Source: Prorocentrum cordatum (lineage: Eukaryota). From it: a stretch of DNA of 64,000 nt. The DNA lies in the NCBI GenBank assembly GCA_963575745.1, contig CAUYUJ010000225.1, positions 124,001 through 188,000 on the forward strand. The letters are read 5' to 3'. Of this stretch, positions 58,783-64,000 are shown piece after piece. Made by a program: the position numbers and the translations under genes. Below the pieces are notes generated by a model that ran no database searches, was not told the DNA's origin, and worked only from the letters and a program-made list of their open reading frames with translations. Every line of letters starts with the position of its first letter. The stretch's first letter is position 1.

Positions 58783-58944
58783 CGTAGTCGTAGGAATAGC
58801 AGTAGTAGCCGTAGCATTCGCAATAGAAACCGTTGTCGTAGTAGTAGTAGTTGTAGTAGTAGTAGTAGTAGTCGTAGTAGCAGCAGTAGTAGTAGTAGTA
58901 GTAGTAGTAGTAATCGAAGTAGTAGTAGTAGTAGTAGTAGTAGC

Positions 58945-58988
<44 letters not shown>

Positions 58989-59150
58989 TGGTAGTAGTAG
59001 TAGTTGTAGTTAGTAGTGGTAGTCGTAGTAATAGTCGTACTAGTAGTTGTTGTTGCAGTTGCCGTAATAGTCATAGTCATGGTGGCGGTATCACAGCACA
59101 ACACTAGCACATAATGCTGGTAGTAGTCGTGGTGGTGGCCGTAGTTGAAG
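56530..59150. repeat. Long degenerate (GTA)n microsatellite
   Basis: Direct reading of the sequence. Confidence 0.95.
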
Positions 59151-59634
59151 TAACGAGAAGAAACCGAACGAGCGCCATACATGGGGACAAAGCCACCACT
59201 GCCACCGTCGCATTCCGACCCGGACAATATGGTGTTGGTGGTTGTAGCGCTGGTGGTTGTGGCAACTGCAGAAACACCCATACCAACAAAAGCAGAAACA
59301 ACTCGCAACGGCAATGGTCGGAAGTGAGCACGGTGCTTCTCACCCGTCACCCCCCTAGTGCCACTAGTCGCGTACCAGGCTGGAGGTATTGCTTCTGCTG
59401 TGCCAATCGTCGCTGTGAAAAGCTGATGTTGGCTTAGATCCAACAATACTTGTGCTAGGCTTGTGGTCGTGTCGACCGTAGTTGTCCTGGCAATAAGCTA
59501 CCCATAACTGGTCGTAGTGCAAGTCGTAGTGTGCTAGCGTGTGGTATTGCTTCTGCTGCGAACGCTCCATGTCAACCGCACTCTCCTGATCTGCATCATC
59601 CCACCACGGCCGCTGCGATGACTGACGATACGCC

Positions 59635-59785
59635 CATTACTGCGACTACTACGACTAATCACTTCTACCACTACTACTCCTGCGGCTCCTACTCCTACTA
59701 GGACTAGGGCTACGACTGCTACTACTACCACTACTACTACTACTGCTACTACTACAACTGCTACAACTACCACTGCCATTACTGT

Positions 59786-59830
<45 letters not shown>

Positions 59831-60159
59831 CGCTACTACTCATAGAGCGATTTCGGCTACGACTACGACTACAACGACTACTGCGACTACTACCACTACT
59901 ACTGCTACTGCTTCTACTGCTACTGCTACTACTACTACTACTACTACTCTTACTATTACGATTACTACTCCTCTTGCTATTAGTTTTAGTACTACTACTA
60001 CTACTGCTGCCACTGCTGCTGCTACTACTACTACTACAACTACTACTACTACGACTACGGTTACTACCACTACTACTGCTGCAGCTACTACTACTACTAC
60101 TACTACCAATACTACTATCACTGCTACTACTACTACCATGTACTACTCCTACGACTACG

Positions 60160-60192
<33 letters not shown>

Positions 60193-60424
60193 GCTACTAC
60201 TTCTGCTACTACCACTACTACTACGACTACAACGACGACTACTACTACTACTACCACTACCACTACCACTACTGCTACTGCTACTACTACTACTACTACT
60301 GCTACTACTACTACTGCTACTACTACTACCACTTCTACTACTACTACTACTGCTGCTACTACTACTGCTACTACTACTACTACTACTACTATTACTACGA
60401 CTACTACTACTACGGCTACGGCTG

Positions 60425-60523
<99 letters not shown>

Positions 60524-60676
60524 ATAATAATAATAATCATAATAATACTACGGCTACTACTACTACTACTACTACTACTACTATTACTGCTACTACTACT
60601 ACTACTACTAATACCACTACTACTGCTGCTGCTACTACTACTACTACTACTGCTACTGATACCACTACTACTACTA

Positions 60677-60709
<33 letters not shown>

Positions 60710-60856
60710 GCACTACTACTACGACTATTACTACTACTACTACCACCACCACTACGACTACTACAACTACTACTACTACTACTTCTACTACTACTACTAC
60801 TATACTAGTACTATTACGACTACTACGACTACTACGACTACTACTACTACAACTAT

Positions 60857-60895
<39 letters not shown>

Positions 60896-61031
60896 GACTA
60901 CGACTACTACTACCACTGCTACTACTACTACTACTACTGCTACGACGACTACTACTACTACTACCACTACTACTGCCACTACTACTACTGCCACTACTAC
61001 TACTACTACTATACTACTTACCACTTACTAG

Positions 61032-61072
<41 letters not shown>

Positions 61073-61564
61073 CCGCTTTATACTAATTACTACTACTACT
61101 ACTACCACTACTACCATACTACTACTACCACTACTACTACTACACTGCTACTACTAATTACTACTACTAATACTAGTACTCGTACTAGTACTAGTGTACT
61201 AGTACACGACTCACACTACGACCTACTGACTACTAGCTACACTACTACTTACTACGACTACGACTACGGATACGACTACGACTACGGCTTGACACGACCA
61301 CGACGACGTACTAATACTCAAACTACTACTACTGCTACTGACGAATTACGACGACTACTACTACTACACGAGCGGGCTACGACTACTACTGACCCACTTC
61401 TACTACTACTACTACTACTATACTACAACGACTACGACGAAAGCGGGGCGGGTCTCATTAAAACGAGACTGCTATCTATACCTGGATTGACTTACGACGA
61501 CGACAGGAGACGGCTACGACTGGACGACGCCGTGCTAACTACGGACTACATTACTACTACTACG

Positions 61565-61602
<38 letters not shown>

Positions 61603-61640
61603 CACTACTACTACTACCACTACTACTGCTAATGTTACGA
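59635..61640. repeat. Long degenerate (CTA)n microsatellite, reverse complement of the preceding array
   Basis: Direct reading of the sequence. Confidence 0.95.
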
Positions 61641-62039
61641 TTTAAAATACTACGGCGCCCACTACTTCCAACATGTCTGCTACTTCAACTACTACACCTG
61701 GTACCACTGCTACGACAACCACCACCGCGCCCATTTCCGCCACAACCGCCACGACCACCTCTGATCCTGACAGGGTTGTGCTGGTGGAGAGATGGCAGCG
61801 ATAATGGTTGAGGTGGTGGCGCCATCAAGTTTACGATTGTCAATTCCTAGTGCATGCCGGTCGGTTTCCCTATTCCAGATCCAGAAGCCACTCCCTCTAA
61901 TTGGGTTCCAGTGGAAATCAGCTTGGAATTATCTGAATATGGTTCCTGCTGCATCCCTGTTGAACTCCGAGTGGGCCCCCATGAAATTCTAATTGAAATC
62001 ATCCGAGCCAGGGGTCTGCTCCATTCCTACGGTTTTGCG

Positions 62040-63270
62040 TTGAACAATGTGCTCTGGTTGTTCGGGTGATCACGTTTCGTACACCCACAGCAGCAAAACA
62101 CATACAAGCCAAACCAAGCAGATAAAGCATACACAGCCGTCAAGCATTGCGGCAAGACGGTGGGTTTCGGCGTTCTCCTCCCCAGCGCCGCTCCCCCCCC
62201 CCGGGGGGACGTCCCATCTGGGCGCGGGGGAGGCGAGAAACCAAAAAAAGCATTCAAATTAACCAGAACCGAATGAACACCAGGAAAATCAGAGCACCCA
62301 GGCAACAAATCAACGAAACGCCGACCCCGATTGTTTTCATTGCTCCCCTTTTCGAAAACCCGTCGTGGCCTTGGTGTCGCTGTTTTTGTGTTGCCTGGGT
62401 GCTCTGGTTTCCATAGTGTTCCTTCTGTGTTGGTTGACTTTTCTGTCTATGTTGGTTTTCGGCGTCCTCTCCTCCCCAGCGCCGCATCCCCCCCCCCCTC
62501 CGAGGGAGGCGCCCCAGCTGGGCGCTGGTGGCGCCAGAAACCGACAAAAACATGAGAGTCAACCAACACATAACGACAACCATGCAATTCACAGCCCTCC
62601 ACGCAACAAATCAACGAAGCCCAGGCCCCGACTGGCTTTTTACTCAACAGCAAAGCGAACATTTAGGGTATTCAGTGTTCCCCTTTCGAAAGCAAATCGG
62701 GGCCTTGGTTTCGGTGTTTTGTTTTGCCCTGGGTGCTCTGGTTTTCCTGGTTTTCCGTATGTGGTGGTTGGTCGTCCTGTTTTTGTTTGGTTTCGGCGTC
62801 CTCTCCTCCCCAGCGCCGCCTCCACCTCCCCCGCCCCAGGGGGACACACCAACTGGGCGCTGTGGGCGCCAGGAGCTAACACAAACCGTGAAAGCAATCA
62901 AGACATAAGGAACAGCAGGAAATTCAGAGACCCCGCGCAAAACAGCAACGAAACCCATGCCCCGACTTGCTGTTCCTTAGTGAACCAAGCAGCCCCCAAG
63001 GTGTTTCAATGTTTTCCTTTCGAAAACCTGTCGGGGCATCGTTTCGTTGTTTTTTGTTGTGCCTGGGCACTCTGGTTTTCATGGTTTTCCGTATGTTCTG
63101 GCTGACTTTCCTGAATTTGTTGGTTTTCTGCGTCCACTCCTCCCCCAGCGCCGCCTTCCTCCCCCACGCCCCCCAGGGAGACGCCTCAGCTGGGCGCGGG
63201 GGGCGCCAGAAACCAACAAACACAGAACACTCAACCAACACACAACGAACACCAGGAATATTGGAGCCCC
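62040..63270. repeat. ~4 tandem ~290-335 bp units with internal inverted repeats
   Basis: ggtttcggcgtcctctcctccccagcgccgc or variants at ~62162, 62453, 62789 and 63122. Palindrome centres TTTCGAAA at ~62350, 62684 and 63018. Confidence 0.8.
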
Positions 63271-64000
63271 CAAGGGAAGAGAGAGAGAGAGAGAAAGAGA
63301 TCTATAGAGAGCGAAAGAGATAGATGTACGGTAGTTCAGATAGAACAAAGACGAACACACGGTTTTGACGGAACGGAAAATAAGAACACCAAATCGTCAA
63401 AGCCACTTCGCTTACCGCCATGCCCACTACCCCTGGGTCTGGGCGGGGGGGGGTCGCGGATCGTTGGAGCGTCCAAGGTGGCGTCGGCGAGGAAGCCCAA
63501 ACCATTGATTTTAGTAAGATGTTGCGTACAGTTTTGCCTCCTGGGGGGCAACGCCAATTAAAAAGCTCCTCTCCTTTGGTCGATCTCCTCCGAGATGGTC
63601 CAAGAGGTCCCCCAGAGGCACCCAAGACGCCCCAAAAGGCCTCGGAGAGAAAGCCGACATCATCTCCTCCAAGATGGCCCCCGAGGCTTCCAATGATGCC
63701 GCAAGAGGGCGCCAAGAGGTGCCCAGGAGGCCCCAAGAGACCTGCAAGAGGCCCCCAAGATGACCCCAATGGGGCCCTCCCAAGAAATCACCAAGAAGCC
63801 CCAAGAGGCTCCCTCAGAGGCACCCAAGACGCCCCAAGAGGCCTCGGCGAGAAACCCGAAATCGTTGATTGTATGAAGGGTTTGCCTACAGTTTGGCCTC
63901 CTGGGGGGGCTCTAAGTAAGGAGCCCCCCTCCTTTGATCGATCTCTCTCAAGATGGCCCCAAGATGGCCCCCGAGGCTCCCAAGGGTGCCCCAAGACGGC

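Noticed and set aside
56259..61645. Mucin-like Thr/Val/Leu/Tyr-rich ORFs
   Set aside because: These are translations of GTA/CTA microsatellite.

Overview
GC-rich, repeat-dense eukaryotic DNA. A 21/22 match to the dinoflagellate spliced leader (DinoSL) at 18499-18520 points to a dinoflagellate genome. Contents in order: (1) a decayed, intronless ~8.2-kb minus-strand insert with a short poly(A) and a probable target-site duplication (TSD). It encodes a large protein with a Upf1-like SF1 helicase, a possible RNase III-like motif and unknown domains, but no RT. (2) A full-length but mutated APE-RT-RNase H LINE with the spliced leader at its 5' end and a perfect 16-19 bp TSD, nested in a small TIR element that holds inverted minisatellite arrays. 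(3) A decayed Helitron (HUH Rep plus truncated Pif1 helicase). (4) One apparently intact host gene, reconstructed as a 3-exon, ~719-aa DUF1350 alpha/beta-hydrolase-PAP/fibrillin fusion with an SL relic upstream. Its two introns are each bounded by 8-9 bp direct repeats that supply the splice sites. The larger is a 5.6-kb TIR element filled with telomere-like satellite, a MITE and (CAT)n. (5) Nested inverted duplications with minisatellites, two further LINE remnants (one with an extra ORF downstream of pol), TA-flanked MITEs and a ~5-kb inverted (GTA)n/(CTA)n microsatellite. All calls come from reading the sequence by eye; no database searches were run.
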